From an archaeon (lineage in GTDB: Archaea > Iainarchaeota > Iainarchaeia > Iainarchaeales > CSSED10-239): a stretch of DNA of 32,000 nt. Made by a program: the position numbers and the translations under genes. Positions 30,984 to 32,000 of the stretch are shown here, piece by piece; the stretch's first letter is position 1, and each line of letters opens with the position of its first letter. The stretch covers positions 6,782 through 38,781 of the forward strand of contig JBAYPN010000006.1 of NCBI GenBank assembly GCA_041677685.1, written 5' to 3'. The notes beneath the pieces were generated by a model, which was given only the letters and a program-made list of their open reading frames with translations, ran no database searches and was not told the origin of the DNA.

Positions 30984-31349
30984 ATGACAACAAGAATTTC
31001 TAAATTATTTGGAATGGATATCTATCAAACAGATGCAACTTATAGAGGTAAAGTTCATGATTTAATAGTAAATTTAGAACAAGGTATAATAGAAACTATT
31101 ACTACTCAACCATTAAAAGTTAATTCTAAATTAGAAGCTAAGAAAATCATAACAGATCATAGTATACCTTATAGTAAAGTAATATCTGCAGATGATATAC
31201 TTCTTATTAATGCAGGAAACATACCAGTAAGTGAAAAAAGAAAAATTGAACCTGAAATGGAACCTGTAACCAAAAGTAGTAAAGATGCTTCAATTAGAAA
31301 GAAGTATATAGGTTATAGAAGTAAATATAGTAGTTCAACAAGAAAATAA
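30984..31349 (+). CDS. PRC-barrel domain protein (CdpB-like)
   Basis: LFGMDIYQTDATYRGKVHDLIVNLEQGIIETI...IPYSKVISADDILLIN fits the PRC-barrel pattern. GGAGG is 7 nt upstream of the ATG. Basic, low-complexity C-terminal tail. Confidence 0.8.
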   Translation: MTTRISKLFGMDIYQTDATYRGKVHDLIVNLEQGIIETITTQPLKVNSKLEAKKIITDHSIPYSKVISADDILLINAGNIPVSEKRKIEPEMEPVTKSSKDASIRKKYIGYRSKYSSSTRK

Positions 31350-31492
31350 TTAAATTTTAATTATTTTTTTCTTTTTACTTTTTTTAATTAATAACATTAA
31401 TAATGATAATATTTTTAATAGTATATATATAAATATATTATACATTATATTATTATATACATAACATAACGTTTATTTTAAAAAACACACAA

Positions 31493-31510
31493 TACAGGAA
31501 GTGAGGGGTC
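31493..31510. repeat. Right arm of GC-rich inverted repeat (TACAGGAAGTGAGGGGTC)
   Basis: See the left arm. This arm also contains an SD-like GTGAGGGGT a few nt upstream of the TTG at 31514. Confidence 0.85.
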
Positions 31511-31513
31511 CTC

Positions 31514-32000
31514 TTGATACAAGTTAATTATATAAAATATAAATTTACATTTAATAATAATATAAAACATTCATCTTATCTTTATCAAAAGATATTTAGA
31601 TCTATTTATGGTTATCAACAAAATGTTACTAAAAGTAATAAAAAAGTATATACTTATAAAAGACCAGGTATAATATCAAACACACCCCATATCAAACCAG
31701 GTAAAAATAGTATAATTTTACCTATAGGTTGTGAAGCAAATTTGATCGAATTTTTTAATACAGGCAAAAATCCTGCACATAATTGGAGAAATAAAGGTGA
31801 TTGGGAAGTTAATTATTCAATTAATAAAATAGATGTTCCAAAAGAAAGTATAATTATAGAATTAGAAGAATATATTAGAGATTATAAAGTAATTAATTTT
31901 GAGAATAAAGAAAGTACAATTTTAATTGAAATTAATAAAATATTAAATAAAGAAATAAATGATGTTAATTATATGAAAAATATATTAAAGATTAGTAATA
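31514..32000 (+). CDS. Hypothetical protein, 5' part only (ORF not in the supplied track; runs off the window)
   Basis: I translated it by hand. An in-frame TGA lies at 31502-31504, then 162 sense codons run to the window end with no stop (LIQVNYIKYKFTFNNNIKHSSYLYQKIFRSIYGYQQNV...PGKNSIILPIGCEANLIEFFNTGKNPAHNWRNKGDWEV...). An open frame this long is unlikely by chance in DNA this AT-rich. The only plausible start is TTG 31514, after the SD-like GAGGGGT. The first in-frame ATG is at 31973. Confidence 0.55.
   Translation, partial: MIQVNYIKYKFTFNNNIKHSSYLYQKIFRSIYGYQQNVTKSNKKVYTYKRPGIISNTPHIKPGKNSIILPIGCEANLIEFFNTGKNPAHNWRNKGDWEVNYSINKIDVPKESIIIELEEYIRDYKVINFENKESTILIEINKILNKEINDVNYMKNILKISN

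Noticed and set aside
30780-31510. The GC-rich inverted-repeat arms as split-tRNA halves or a canonical bulge-helix-bulge splice motif
   Set aside because: No tRNA-like acceptor, anticodon or T-arm sequence flanks either arm. The predicted stem has one asymmetric internal loop, not two 3-nt bulges separated by 4 bp.
29073-32000. Integrated plasmid or provirus bounded by an integrase
   Set aside because: The recombinase has housekeeping XerA/XerCD architecture and size. There is no tRNA target and no direct att-like repeats. The PRC-barrel gene is a widely conserved archaeal gene. This is not excluded, because the window ends here, but it is not supportable.

Overview
This is a strongly AT-rich (judged by eye, not computed), gene-dense window. 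I recognise no rRNA, tRNA, CRISPR array or transposase in it.

Organism: the gene content is archaeal. It includes an RFC small subunit, a Cdc48/VCP-type double AAA ATPase, an archaeal-type MtaB-like methylthiotransferase, a XerA-like recombinase, a PRC-barrel protein, and class III signal-peptide pilins with an EppA-like peptidase. There is also a bacterial-type grpE-dnaK-dnaJ operon. GGAGG/AGGTG/AGGGGT Shine-Dalgarno-like motifs precede many starts. The K/N/I-rich proteins, tight packing and salvage-style genes (B12-dependent RNR with its own adenosyltransferase, dUTPase) suggest a small-genome, DPANN-like archaeon. That assignment is inference only.

Layout:
- 174-1319 (+): SpoIIM-like membrane protein.
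- 1421-5272 (-): dnaJ, dnaK, grpE.
- 5417-6613: JAMM/MPN protein and an SDR.
- 6610-17738 (-): one long co-directional block. It starts with rfcS, continues with an Epd/Tad-like type IV filament locus (ATPase, split TadB/TadC-like platform, six prepilins, prepilin peptidase), and ends with three translationally coupled membrane proteins.
- 17858-25237 (+): membrane proteins, MtaB-like enzyme, Lrp/AsnC regulator, type IA topoisomerase, Cdc48.
- 25332-29072 (-): dut, nrdJ, cobA.
- 29403-32000 (+): XerA-like recombinase, Lys-rich coiled-coil protein, PRC-barrel protein, and an unlisted TTG-start ORF that runs off the window.

Most worth a second look:
- the pilus locus with its appended membrane-anchored OB-fold / DUF112-like module;
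- a perfect 27-bp x3 tandem repeat inside that locus;
- an 18-20 bp GC-rich inverted-repeat pair that brackets the PRC-barrel gene just downstream of the recombinase.
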